From Octopus vulgaris (lineage: Eukaryota): a DNA stretch of 64,000 nt. The DNA is taken from NCBI GenBank assembly GCA_951406725.2, contig OX597820.1, positions 31,558,001 to 31,622,000 on the forward strand, given 5' to 3'. Below the pieces are notes generated by a model. It had not been told where the DNA came from. It worked only from the letters and a program-made list of their open reading frames with translations, and did no database searches. Each line of letters begins with the position of its first letter. Positions within the stretch are counted from its first letter, which is position 1. Position numbers and translations under genes: made by a program. This document shows positions 39,039 to 50,929 of the stretch, in pieces.

Positions 39039-39069
39039 CAGTGATTCCAGTGAATCCATTAGGCTGTGG
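39039..39069 (+). CDS. EXOSC9: EXOSC9 micro-exon (SDSSESIRLW); start may be 39036, 39039 or 39042
   Basis: TTCCTTAAC branch site at 39020-39028 followed by three in-frame CAG acceptors; strong donor TGG|gtaagt; IRLW|GAGTAKLG aligns with RRP45 VLW-TPGTAQIG. Confidence 0.8.
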
Positions 39070-39425
39070 GTAAGTCATATTGCTAAATTAAGAATTCTCT
39101 GGAAAGAATGAAGTTAAGCCATTGTGTGTGTGTGTGTGAGTGAGAGAGAGAGAGAAGAATATAGCCTAAGTTTGTTCTAAGCCTTGTGAATGATTTTGAG
39201 TTGAAGGGAAAATGCTTCCATACAACATCCATCTCATGAATTTTAAACAGTCTGTATGTATAATTCGTATCTTAGTGTTACACTAAGATTCTAAAATGGA
39301 TGTAGAAAATATGAAGGGCTGCTTTGGTGTAATGGTTGGCATATCCCTCATGTTCACAGGAAATGTTAGTTCATGTCCCACAGGCATCATTTGACTTCTT
39401 TCTAGCTATAGCTTTATCTATAAGC

Positions 39426-39981
39426 ATTTGTTGTCCGGAAAGTTCATGCTGATTTATGGTACCTTACCGTTCGACTTATTTTAGAGAACGTGGTTGAGTC
39501 CATAAAATAGGATTTGACTACACCACCATTTAGAGCACAGTTTAAGCTATCTTTTCGTGGAAGAAGGTTTATGTTCCTATAACCTGTGTTAATTCTGTAA
39601 CCCTTTAAAATGGAAAATAAGAAATTTCATTTTTGGCACTTGATGCTTTGGCAACCAGACGAAAATTGCTGTAGCTCGTCTGGGATTTGTTACCCCATCC
39701 TCCATATCCACCAGATATTGCTCCTTCGGATTTCCAATTACTCAGGTCTCTGCAGAATAGTCTTAATGTTAAAAATTTCAATTCTTTGGATGACGTAAAA
39801 AGATACCTTGATGAATTCTTTGCCATGAAACTACCTCAATTCTGGGAAGTTAAAGGAAATATAGAGATGCATTGTGCAACAAAATGGTTCATATTTGGTT
39901 GATTAAAAATGTAATAGCAAGTATTTATTGACCTTTTTCTTTCCTTTAAAAATCGGCATGAACTTTCCGGACAACCCAATA
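39426..39981 (+). mobile_element. Internally deleted mariner element
   Basis: TIRs gttgtccggaaagttcatgc(t)gattt / aaatcggcatgaactttccggacaac; LPHPPYPPDIAPSDFQLLRSLQNSL (YSPDxAPSD motif). Confidence 0.88.
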
Positions 39982-40170
39982 CTTTGAATTCTACCATGAA
40001 AAAAATATGATTTACTTTAATTCTCTTAAAATTTCTAAATTCTTACAAGGTAAAAATATATATATATATGTGTATGTATGCGGGTGTATGTCTGTGCATG
40101 TTTGCATATATATGTGTGTGTGTGAGTGAGTGAGTGTGTACATAATGTATCAATATGGTATTTGTTTCAG

Positions 40171-40324
40171 GGTGCTGGAACTGCCAAACTGGGAAGAAAC
40201 AGTTCTGATATTTCAAGTAGTGATGACAACTCAGAAGTGATGGAGCTCAGTCCTCCCCACCCAGCTGTTGCCGTTCCTCCTCGTCCAGCAAAACCAAAGT
40301 CATCTCTTCCACCAGCAGAATCAG
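40171..40324 (+). CDS. EXOSC9: EXOSC9 exon (GAGTAKLGRNSSDISSSDDNSEVMELSPPHPAVAVPPRPAKPKSSLPPAES)
   Basis: tttgtttcag| and |gtaaag; 154 nt, phase 0 to 1; GTAxxG motif followed by a low-complexity tail. Confidence 0.85.
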
Positions 40325-40792
40325 GTAAAGTGTTATTGTTCTTATGAATCCCCAAATGCAGCCATAATCCATTAAATCTATGGATGGTGATAAGTGTACC
40401 AAGCCTGCTAACTTGGTAGTAGTTGTACTGGTAGGTGGGTGGAGAAAGGTGGCGAGCTGGCAGAACCGTTAGCACACTGGGCGAAATGCTCAGCGGTATT
40501 TTACCCGTACTCCATTCTGAGTTCAAATTCTGCCATGGTTGACTTTGCCTTTCATCCTCTTGGGGTTGATAAATTAAGTACCAGTGAAACACTGGGGTCG
40601 ATGTAATCAACCAGTCCCGTCCCCTGGAATCTTTGTTGCTGTAACCAACTGAGTGCCACCAGCCATGTACTGAAACTGGCCTGATTTTGTACCCCAAGAA
40701 ATATGTAGCCTAGGTTACAATAAAAAATTCCTGCCGTTGCCATGAACTCTACCACTGCCACAAGTATAGTAGAGCATTAGATGAGATACTTG

Positions 40793-41595
40793 GCTCAGTA
40801 CATTAGTTCCCTGCTGACGTTAACCATTTTAGCCAAACCTTGGGCAACAACCCAATGAGGGGGAATTAGTGTTTATCTCTGTCACATTAATTGGACGAGA
40901 GACATAAATTGATTCCTCCTGAATCAAACATAAATAGCTTTCACCCAGCCCCTCACTGTATGGAAGGAACTGGACGCAGTCCTGTATGTCAGTGGACCAC
41001 TTGTCAAGTCCATAGTGCTACCACTGCTTGCTCACAGGGATGAGTTAGATATGATAGTCATCAATCATCCTGTGATATGTATTTACAATTAGTTGGTATC
41101 TTTCTCAATAATCTCATATACTCCATCAGCTTAGTGTATATGCTCCCTGCTGAAGTTAGCCATTTTACCCAAATCTCAGGCAAGGACCCAATGAGAGGAG
41201 ACAGCATTTATCTCTCGCATTAATTGCATGAGAGACATCCTGTGGTTTGCATTTACAATTTGTTGGTATTTTCCTCAATAATTTCGTATATTCCACCAGC
41301 TCAGCACATTTGCTCTCTACTGAAGTTAACTATTTTACCGAAATCTTGGGCAGGGACCCAATGAGGGGACACAGCATTGATTTCTGTCATGTTAATTGAA
41401 CAAGAGACAAAATTGTTTCCTCTGGAATCAGACACAAATAGCTTTCCTCCCCCCACTGTGTTAAAGGAACTGGATGCAGTCCTACATGTTGGTGAACCCC
41501 TCGTCAAATCCACAATGCTACCACCACTTACTGGGATGAGTTACATATGATAGTTATCAATCGCCTTGTGTTATATATATGTACAACTAGTTGGA
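40793..41595. repeat. Diverged tandem triplication of a ~340-bp unit (middle unit deleted)
   Basis: Units start at about 40793, 41129 and 41299 with gct(c/t)ag...ctgctga(c/a)gtta.c.atttta.c.aaa.ct.gg.ca..acccaatgag. Confidence 0.8.
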
Positions 41596-42889
41596 TGAAC
41601 TCTGATCATTTAATGTCGTCTACAGACGAAAACTGCTGTATATATCTCTAGCAGAACGCAAACTACCTATCGGTCGGTCGCCTCTCCAAGGTTCTATTCA
41701 CTGCGTTATCTTCCCCTTATTACGGACGGACCCCCTATACCATCTCTGCGTATATGCATGCAGGCAACATGCCTGCTTGATAGGAACATATAAAGATGGT
41801 AACGTACATTATTAAGTGTAGAAAGATTTACGGTTTTGTAAAGGGAGATAACTTATGTAAGTAAATATTGGAGTAGTTGCCCTTGCTTATTTTTGTTGTC
41901 AAAATCAGTGTTCGTGTGCTCCATACTTCTGGAAAACTTAGAATGTTTTTGTGCTGGGCAAGGTAACACATTGATGTGTATTTTAATATAAATATATATG
42001 GGTGGGAACTAAACCATAATATGAATGGATGAGATTGCGGGATAGTAAGAAATTTAAGATTTGTTATTGTACAACCCTAGGTCAGTCTTAATCCTGTAGA
42101 CCAATAATCAAAGCTGTTTTGGCCTGACAATCCTGTTTTTTTTCATGTATAGGGTAGTTAAGCGCACATTATCCAGTGTGCCCTTGTTTTTTTTTTTTTT
42201 TAGATATAATGTAGTGTGAATGAGTGACATTCGGCTACTAATTCCAGCAGGTCTGGTGAGCATTTAGATACTTCTTCGTTAGCTCAATGAAGAAATATAT
42301 ATGTCTTAGACATGAGTTCAAATCTTATTGCTGTCATTGTGTAGTATTCCTGGATGATGTCCTTCATTCTGTTTACCTCAGTCTACCTGACTGATGAGAG
42401 AAAAAATATGTCTACAAATATTTCTTTTTTTAACCTAGTTTAGTCAATGTTTGAACTGATCTGTAATGAAATATGTTCCAGCAATCTCCATTCTGCCTTT
42501 TTGCTGAGCTAGAACCCATGTAGCCTTCCTTTCTTACAAAGGCAGTAGTTGATTTTAAAGAATTTGACTGCTATTTCCAACAGGTTGAGAGATTCCACCC
42601 TGTTCATTTAGAGGCTTCCCCATTGGCTTATTTCAAATGTCTGTGGTTGATCATTATTTTTTCTCTTGAACAGCAGTCTTCACACAAAGCATCAATACCG
42701 TTATCTGCCCTTGCTACAAACACATCTGGATTTTCAAACCTTTTTGTAAATAAGTTTTTGGCCATATTGATCAAATTTGGGATATTCAGTAATAATCATG
42801 GATAAAATAAAAGGGACCATGATACAATGCAATAACAACCACTTTGTAATTTTTAAAATTTATTTTCATTTTATTTATTTTTTTTTCAG

Positions 42890-42974
42890 ATATCATAAAT
42901 ATTGATGATGACAGTGAAGATGATGTGAAGGTCATACAAAAGACTCCAGATTTTGCACAGAAAGATGAATCTAG
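42890..42974 (+). CDS. EXOSC9: EXOSC9 exon (DIINIDDDSEDDVKVIQKTPDFAQKDES)
   Basis: long polypyrimidine tract, ttttcag| and |gtacaa; 85 nt, phase 1 to 2; hydrophobic plus acidic segment like the SIM region of vertebrate EXOSC9 (IILSDSEEEE). Confidence 0.82.
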
Positions 42975-45731
42975 GTACAATAATGTTTATGATTCTTTCT
43001 CTTGGTCAACATTATTTCTGTCTGTCTCTCTCTCTCTCCCCTCTATCTCCTCCCTCTATGTGTGTGTGTATTGTGTATGTATGCATGTTTAAATATATGT
43101 ATTTATAAATGTATATTCTTTTTTTCTTTTACATGTTTCAGCCCTAAGTCTGTGGCCATGCTGGAGTATCAATTTATATATAAACATATAAATGTATATT
43201 TATATGCATGTATAGAGTAGATTTGTTCAGTGAAACCCTTATGTAAACTCCAGTATGGCTACGGTCCAGTGAATGAAACAAGTAAAAAAAAGATTAAGGA
43301 TTAAGGATGTGACTGTGTGACCCCTCCTCCCTCACTTGCTATATCATCTATGGGTTTTTTCCTCTCCAACAAGTAAGTTCCCTTTGAAAATGGGAGGGCC
43401 AAGTGGAAGGAAGGAGGCAAGGCTGCCTACATACAAATTTCAAAACACACACACACACGACTCTTCTCATCCATTAATCCTTTAACATTTAAACCAGCCC
43501 TTTCTGGCCAACATATTCTACGTGTTTTATGTTCAAACTGGTGAGGTCTGGCCTCTCGCAGTAACCCTTGTGTTTTTCCTCTCCAACAAATAGGTTCTGT
43601 TGAAAATAGGAAGGCCAAGAGAACAGTAGAAAGAAGGAAGTATACAGCACTTCCTACATGCAAACTTCAAAACACACATACACACACACACACACTTCTT
43701 CTCATCCCATAAGCCATAGCTGGTCAAAATATCCTGTCTGTTTTATGTTCAAATTGGTCAGATTTGGCCTCTCTTAGCAACCCTACAATATCGTTCTAAA
43801 ACTTAAGTTTCCTCATCAAAATATCAAAGTTACATGAGAGTCCATGGATTAATTCAAAACAGTGTGAATAAATCAGCATTACTTTTGACAAAATAATATG
43901 AATGCCAAAGGGTTAGAAAGCAAAGCAATAATGACTAAAAAAAAAAGTAGCCCCAAAAGGAAGGAATCTCTTATATAAAGATATTTCTTCTCCCTGCAAC
44001 AGGCCCTTCTCAACTCACTCTCCATACTTTCTTCTATTTATGTTAAATCTTTATTCCCTCCCCTCCTCTCTCTGTTTGTCTTGTCTGTCTCCAATCCTTT
44101 TTCTTATTTGTTTCCTTTCCTGAGAATATTTTAGCCCCTTGAGTGTATGTTGTGTGAATTCTGTGTGTATTTGTGTGTGTGTGTGAATTCTGTGTGTATG
44201 TATCTTTATCAGTGTGTGAGAGCGTGTGTGTATATGTATTTATATTTGGGAGATTGTGCATGCTTTAATTAAGTAGTGTGTGAGTTACACACACACTCAC
44301 ATAAGTATGCATCTAGACAGATAGTGATGATGATGGTTCGCCGTGATGACATTGATGTGGTAATGTAGAGAGAGAATGAATGTGTGTGTGTGTACAGAGA
44401 TTTTGTGTATGTGGAGATGTGTATATGTAAATATATGCATATATATATATATATATGTATGTATGTATGTATCCTCACATACATGTAAATGTGTGTGTAT
44501 TTGTTTGAGTATGTGTTAATGATATGTATGTGTCGTTCTTATATATATATATGTGTGTGTGCATGTGTGCACATATTGGGTAAATAAAAGATGGAGGAAG
44601 GTGGTGGGGGTGACTGAGAGAGGGGAGAATGGTGGTGGTGGTGGTGGTGGGGGAGCTTGCAGAACTGGTTTTCAAGTTACTAACAAACATACTTAGTTAC
44701 CACAAAGTACTTCCTCGGTTTTCCTGTTGAGGGGAGGGGGAGATCTCAGATCGGAGTGCGGTGGGGGGAAGGTCGTTTAATAGTTTGGTGTTGGGACTAC
44801 TGGTGTAGCACGGTAGGTGGGTTGGTGTATTGGTGACTGGTTATAGTTTTGGCATTGGTTATGATGATGATGATGATGATGGTGCTGGTGAAAAAGTAGC
44901 ATTGATGTTGTCACTGTTGGTGTTTAGCCCTTGGTCAGTCCTGATGAGGAGGTATATGATCTAAAGTGTTCTATTTGTAACCATCCATGTTGTTTCCCCA
45001 CCTCCTCCTTCATGAAGGTGACTTAGGACCACATTATTTGACATGTGTCCCTTATCTAAGGGTGATAGAGTGATTTGATGGAAATTTGGCTGTTTATTTT
45101 AACAGGTCGAGTAATCATCTAGAGGCCACCTCATTGGTTTGGCAATGGGGTGATGGTGGTGGTGGTGGTGGTAGTAGTACCCTGTTATCACTGTGGTGGT
45201 GGTTGTGATAAAGTACAGAGGGAGGGTGTGGTGACCTAGTACAGACTAAATGTCAGGGTGCCCCATCACCAACACCACCACCACCGACAGTCAGCCACCA
45301 TCTGCTTATAGGTCATCCCTTCCCACTATAGAGGCAAGTCCCTCCCTGTCCCTATGCACTCTCACTCACTACCGTGTATACCTGCCAGGGTACCATACTA
45401 TTTCACTATAAGCTTTATTATGGAAAAAAAACTGAGTAGTAGTGGGTGCAAGGGGTTTTCAGTTACACCCTTTTTTTTTTTTGAAGGGGCAAAATGTTTA
45501 TGTGCATGCACATGCGTGTGTATGTGTGTATCTGTGTGTGTAGGCATAGGCATGGCTGTGGAGGTTAAGAAGTTTGGTTTGTAACCACTTGGTTCCTGGT
45601 TCAATCTCACAGCACAGTAACTTCAGTAATAGCACTGTATCTACTAATTACTGGTATTAATGTCATTGACTAATCCCCTCTGCCAAAATTTGAAACTATT
45701 ATCAATATTATTATTTTTATTATTATTATTA

Positions 45732-45765
<34 letters not shown>

Positions 45766-46230
45766 GGCAGTGAGCTGGCAGAATCGTTAGCACACCGGGT
45801 GAAATGCTTAGCAGTATCTTGTCTGTCGTTACATTCTGAGTTCAAATTCAGCCGAGGTTGAGTTTGCCTTTCTTCCTGTCGGGGTCAGTATAAAATGAGT
45901 ACCAGTTATGCACTGGGGCTGATGTAATTGACTTAGTCTCTTCCCCCAAATTTGAGGCCTTGTGCTTCCAGTAAAAAGGATTATTATTATTAGTAGTAGT
46001 AAGACAGCAAGCTGGCAGAATCATTAGCACGCTGGGCAAAATGCTTAGCAACATTTTGTCCATCTTTATGTTCTGAGTTCAAATTCCACTGAGCTTGACT
46101 TTGCCTTTCATCTTTTCTGGGTCGATAAATTAAGTATCAGTCAAGTACTGGGTTCGATGTAATTGATTAGTCCCCTCTCCCCAAATTTCAGGCCTTGTGC
46201 CTATAGTAGAAAAGATTATTATTATGATTG

Positions 46231-46760
46231 TGGAGGCACAATGGCCCAGTGGTTAGGGCAGCGGACTCGTGGTCGTAGGATCATGGTTTCGATTCCTAGA
46301 CTGGGCATTGTGAGTCTTTATTGAGCAAAAACACCTAAAGCTCCACGAGGTTCCAGCAGGGGGTGGTGGCGAACCCTGCTGTACTCTTTCACCACAACGT
46401 TCTCTCACTCTTTCTTCCTGTTTCTGTTGTACCTATATTTCAAAGAGCCAGCCTTATCACACTTTGTGTCATGCTGATTCTCCCTGAGAACTACGTTAAG
46501 GGTACACATGTCTGTGGTGTGCTCAGCCACTTGCACTTTAATAAATGAACCGCAACGTCACTGGTGCCAAGCTGTATCAGCCTTTGCCTTTCCCTTGGAT
46601 AACATCAGTGGCATGGAGAGGGGAGGCTGGTATGCATGGGCGACTGCTGATCTTCTATAAACAACCTTGCCCGGACTTGTGCCTAGGAGGGTAACTTTCT
46701 AGGTGCAATCCCATGCTCATTCATGACCGAAGGGGGTCACAACAACAACAACAACAATTA
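46231..46760 (+). mobile_element. SINE family D (tRNA-derived head tggcccagtggttagggcagcggact...ggtttcgattcc)
   Basis: A and B boxes; other copies 10759-11135 +, 33320-33561 -, 53190-53460 -, and a split copy 1945-2025 plus 2678-2870 -. Confidence 0.82.
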
Positions 46761-47230
46761 TTATTATTGTAGACGCCGCACAGTATACAATACTGTGAGG
46801 TTGTTGATTGAAGATATTGTGTCTACTGGGGGTTTGTACTGTTTGTCAAGTTACAAGGACCTCAGACAGACGGTACTTTGCGCAATATGCATGCAGTTCC
46901 AAGCAGTACCAACTTTTGCATACATCTAGATTGCAGAGTATTTCTAAGGTTTTCAGATGTTTTTTCACATTGATTGGTATTGAACCCAATGCTCCAATGA
47001 CAATAGAGATAACCTTTATGTTCGACTCTCATACCTGCCACATCTTAGCGATCTCAATTCTCAGGTCTCCATATTTATCAACTTTTTCTCTTTCTTTCAT
47101 GATGATATGTTGATCTCCTGGCACTGCACTCTTGTCTGTCCCTCCTAAAGGTTACTATATCTGGCCTTCAGTGCTCTGACACTTTGTTTGTCTGGAAATC
47201 AAGGTCCCAGAGGATTTTTGCCTTCCCTTT
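46760..47230 (-). mobile_element. 3' end of a Dong/R4-like non-LTR retrotransposon (restriction-like endonuclease), decayed
   Basis: Minus-strand translation KILWDLDFQTNK..EH*RPDIV ... AVPGDQHIIMKEREKVDKYGDLRIEIAKMW ... IVIGALGSIP ... LLGTACILRKV; ends in (AAT)n. Confidence 0.78.
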
Positions 47231-47262
47231 TTTGTTCATTACTTTTAAGGGGAAGGCAAAAT

Positions 47263-47293
47263 CCTCCTCCTCCTCCTCCTCCTCCTCCTCCTC

Positions 47294-47366
<73 letters not shown>

Positions 47367-47406
47367 CACCACCACCACCACCACCACCACTACTACCACT
47401 ACCACC

Positions 47407-47452
<46 letters not shown>
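47263..47452. repeat. Compound microsatellite (CCT)n(ACT)n(ACC)n(ACT)n
   Basis: Read directly from the sequence. Confidence 0.97.
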
Positions 47453-47454
<2 letters not shown>

Positions 47455-47742
47455 GTTATTAAGGTGGCAAGCTGGCAGAGCCGTTACCATGCCAGGCAAA
47501 AATGCCTAGCAGCATTTTGTCCATCTTTACATTCTGAGTTGAAATTCCACTGAGGTTGACTTTACCTTCCTTTTGGGATTGATAAAATAAGTACCAGTTG
47601 GAGACAGGGGTTGGTGAAATTGACTTAGCACCTCCCTTCAAATTACTGGCCTTGTGCCAAACATTTGAAATTATAATTATTGTTCTTATTACTACTACTA
47701 CCACATTTGTAATCACTATTATTTTCATATTTATTTCAATAG

Positions 47743-47821
47743 CGGTGATGAAGCTGGTGGCCAGAAACTAACTCTCAGAGAATTACTCATGGCTTTGAAG
47801 AAGAAAAAATGCAGTCAGTGA
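47743..47821 (+). CDS. EXOSC9: EXOSC9 terminal coding exon (GDEAGGQKLTLRELLMALKKKKCSQ*)
   Basis: tttcaatag| acceptor, phase 2 compatible; TGA at 47819-47821; basic C-terminus; AATAAA 110 nt downstream. Confidence 0.75.
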
Positions 47822-47926
47822 GAAGAAGCAGGGGAACAACAAGAATAACAACAACAATAATAATAGAGACAAGACCTCATCCAGTGCACTACACTGGAAG
47901 TTACATTTTTAATGTTCACTGTCATT

Positions 47927-47982
47927 TGTAAATAAACCATTTCTGTTGATTAACATTGCTTAGTGTTTTCTTTCTTTCTTTT
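47927..47982 (+). terminator. EXOSC9 polyadenylation signal
   Basis: TGTA (47927-47930) directly before AATAAA (47931-47936), then a GT/T-rich downstream element (gtgttttctttctttctttt). Confidence 0.7.
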
Positions 47983-48174
47983 ACTCCCTACCTATAATGG
48001 TTTGATGTCATCTTCATCATCTTCGTCTTCATCGTTGTTTTAATGTTCACTTTTCCATGCTTGCCTGGGTCACATGGAATTTGTCGTGACAAATTTTTTT
48101 ACAGCTGAATGCTCTTCCTGTCATGAACCTTCATCTGTTTCTAAGCAAGGTAATATTTTTCCATGGTCAGACAT

Positions 48175-48340
48175 ACGAGGAGGTACTGAAATGTTCCTGG
48201 CTTGAAGGGTATTGTGAAAGGCATGGTTGGAGGCCCAACCATCCGAGTTCTGTTACAGGGCTTTGAAGAACTTAAGGACTGTTGCAATAAGTGTATGAAT
48301 CTGAAAGAGGAATATGTTGGATAAAATCATAATTAACTAA
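48175..48340 (+). mobile_element. Mariner-derived non-autonomous fragment
   Basis: TA-CGAGG..TGAAA.GTTCC TIR-like start; C-terminal relic GFEELKDCCNKCMNLKEEYVG*. Confidence 0.5.
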
Positions 48341-48457
48341 TAATCTACTATAATAATACTATATTTATATAATCTACTTATCTAATGTGACCTCGTGTGT
48401 ACCGTTGGCGATTTTTTTTCCTCTGTCTTCCCTTCTCTGGATTTTTCCTTCTCCTAT

Positions 48458-48493
48458 GTTTCTGATGAAGAGCTCCGCTCAAAACGTTAAACT
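48458..48493 (+). ncRNA. Hammerhead motif with G12>A change; same family as 50895-50929 (element about 48385-48582)
   Basis: GUUU CUGAUGA A GAGC ucc GCUC AAAAC GUU AAAC; flanks align with the reverse complement of 50810-51003. Confidence 0.7.
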
Positions 48494-48594
48494 CTCCTTC
48501 TTTCCTGAGCGTCCAATAATACTATATTTGTTCCACGTCCTCGCGTTGTTGTGATTTTGTGTTTTCTTGTTTGGATTAACTATATATATATATA

Positions 48595-49037
48595 TCTACT
48601 ATAATAATACTCTTGTGTTTATGAATGAGAAAGGAAGGGATGATAGATGAATAAGGATGGAAGGGGTGATGTCATACTTGGTAATGAAATGATGAAAATT
48701 GTACACTGAAAATATAAATCAAACAGTGTTTCAACTCTGTGTGAATATATGTGTGTATGTAAAAGTGGGGTATGTGAATGTGTGTGTGTGTGCGCGCGCG
48801 CAATGGAAATGGAATGGTTCATCTTTGTTCGCTTAGTATTTGGGTTTATTTCTTGATGTGGTTGAATCTTGGTTGGTTTTTTTTTTGTTGGTCTATTTTC
48901 AGCGTTTTGACAGAAGAAAGTCATTCTAAAATTGTTTTTTAATGTAAGCGTGCCCAAACAAGTCAAATGCTTACACAGAGCAGGTTTTACAGCCACATCA
49001 TCAAAACCAACCAGGTGAAACCGGGCTTAGCTGTTAG
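48595..49037 (+). mobile_element. Helitron-like element sharing its 5' part with 34658-35054
   Basis: TCTACTATAATAATACTCTTGTGTTT start and shared aaatcaaacag.gtttcaactctg; different 3' hairpin ccaggtgaaaccggg followed by TTAG|T. Confidence 0.65.
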
Positions 49038-49251
49038 TGTATATATATATATATATATTTGTAAATAAATTCTTCTATTTACATAATATCGAGGGCTCTT
49101 TCATTCTTTTGTTGTTTTATCATTACTATTAATATATATATATATATGTGTGTGTGTATATGTACACATATATACATATACACACACACACATATATATG
49201 TATATGTACACACACACACTCACACAAGCACACCCGCATATATTTATACAA

Positions 49252-49286
<35 letters not shown>

Positions 49287-50199
49287 CACACGTTATACAT
49301 ATACATGTATATATATATGTATATATATATATATCGTATGTGTGTGTGTGTATATATATATGTATATACATATATATATACGCACGTATTTATGCTATAA
49401 TATACATCATTATAACATACATATATACATACACACATAGGCACATACAGGAGTGGTGATGTGAAACACCCAGACTGAGGAAGTCAGAAAGACCAAGGTG
49501 GTACCCCAGCATAACCACGGCCGGCCGCATGGCTGAAACGAGTAAAAGAGTAATATACACACACATATATATTATATATATATGGGCGTAAATGTATGTG
49601 GGTTAACGAGATATCTAGATATTTGTCAAACTCACGCGGCAGTTAAAAACAATGCATTTCTCAGATTCCTCTCTTAATAGTGAGACAGTGAAAAGTAAAT
49701 CGTTGACATGTTCTGGGTCAACCATAAGATATAAGATACGTAAGCAGATAAAAGCAAAATGGGTCGTCATATAAGATTTTTTAAATTCCTGAATGGGTCA
49801 AAGACGCATTTTTCTCTCGAAATTTCCACCTACGTCCTATCTACGTTAATGAGGAAGATTTTTACGTGGTTGCTTAACATACATGAAATAACAGTCAAAA
49901 TCTTCCTCATATCTCACGTTATTGTCTTACAAAAGATAAAAATTAAAGCACACACACACACACACACACACAGAAACTAAAAAGTTTACTTGTCAAACAT
50001 ATAGTTCCGGGTTCAGTTCCATTGTGTGGTCCCTTCGGCAAGTGTCTTCTACTATAGCCCTAGACCGACCAAAGCTTTGTTAGCGTACTTGGTAGATGGA
50101 AACTTTGTGGAAGCCTGTCCTTTACACACACACACACACATACATACATACATACAGTATTGTAGAAGCCGTAGTCGCTCATAATTAGCAGTAATACAG

Positions 50200-50630
50200 G
50201 TGGAATGTTCCTGTAAAAATCTCAATAAAATGCGAACATTATACACCTGATATAATGATTTGAGATAGAGAAGAGAAACAGTGTACAGTTGTAGAAATCA
50301 GCTGCCCAGCGGATGTTAAACATAAAGCTGAAGATCAGTGAAAAAGAGAATACCTACGCTAAACTATTGACGAATCTACAGTTACTCTATCCAGATTACA
50401 AGTTCAAGTTTATACCTGTAATTATTGGGCTATTGGGATATGTAACACACTACCGACCAGGTTTATACCCGTAATTATTGGGGTATTGGAATATATAGCA
50501 CACTACCTAAATATCAATCTTGAGAAATTAGGCACCTCAAAAACAAGAAAGGAGAAAGCTGATTTGAAGACCACAGATTCAAGCCATCCCTGGAACTGTA
50601 AAGATCTATAAAACTTTCCAGAAGTTTATC
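50200..50630 (+). mobile_element. Second RLE-type non-LTR retrotransposon 3' relic
   Basis: PDIMI*DREEKQCTVVEISCPADV ... EKENTYAKLLTNLQLLYPDYKFKFIPVIIG; frameshifts and a short internal duplication. Confidence 0.7.
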
Positions 50631-50710
50631 ATTTAAGTATATATGAACATGTCTCGACATGCGACCATATGCATAAGAATAGATACATAAAAGAAAACAT
50701 ACAAATCTGC

Positions 50711-50741
<31 letters not shown>

Positions 50742-50894
50742 ACAGATATACATATATGTGTGTGTATACAGATATACATATATGTGTGTGTATATATATA
50801 AAAATATATAGTGTATATAAACATGAAAACAAAGAGAGGACGTGGAACAAGTTTAGTGTTATTGGACGCCCAGGAAAGGAAAGAAAGAAGGAGG

Positions 50895-50929
50895 ATTTAA
50901 CGTTTCGAGCAGAGCTCTTCGTCAGAAAC
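50895..50929 (-). ncRNA. Minimal hammerhead motif (intact core) in a PLE pLTR-like fragment at about 50810-51003
   Basis: Minus strand: GUUU CUGACGA A GAGC ucu GCUC GAAAC GUU AAAU. Confidence 0.8.

Noticed and set aside
39031-39069. Acceptor at ttaacag|39031
   Set aside because: Out of frame with the 37730 donor and too close to the U12 branch site; it would need a weak alternative phase-0 donor
41600-41645. CTGATCA...GAAAAC hammerhead-like string
   Set aside because: Core spacing and stems I/III do not fit
47807-47818. C-terminal CaaX prenylation motif
   Set aside because: The protein ends KCSQ, so Cys is third from the end, not fourth
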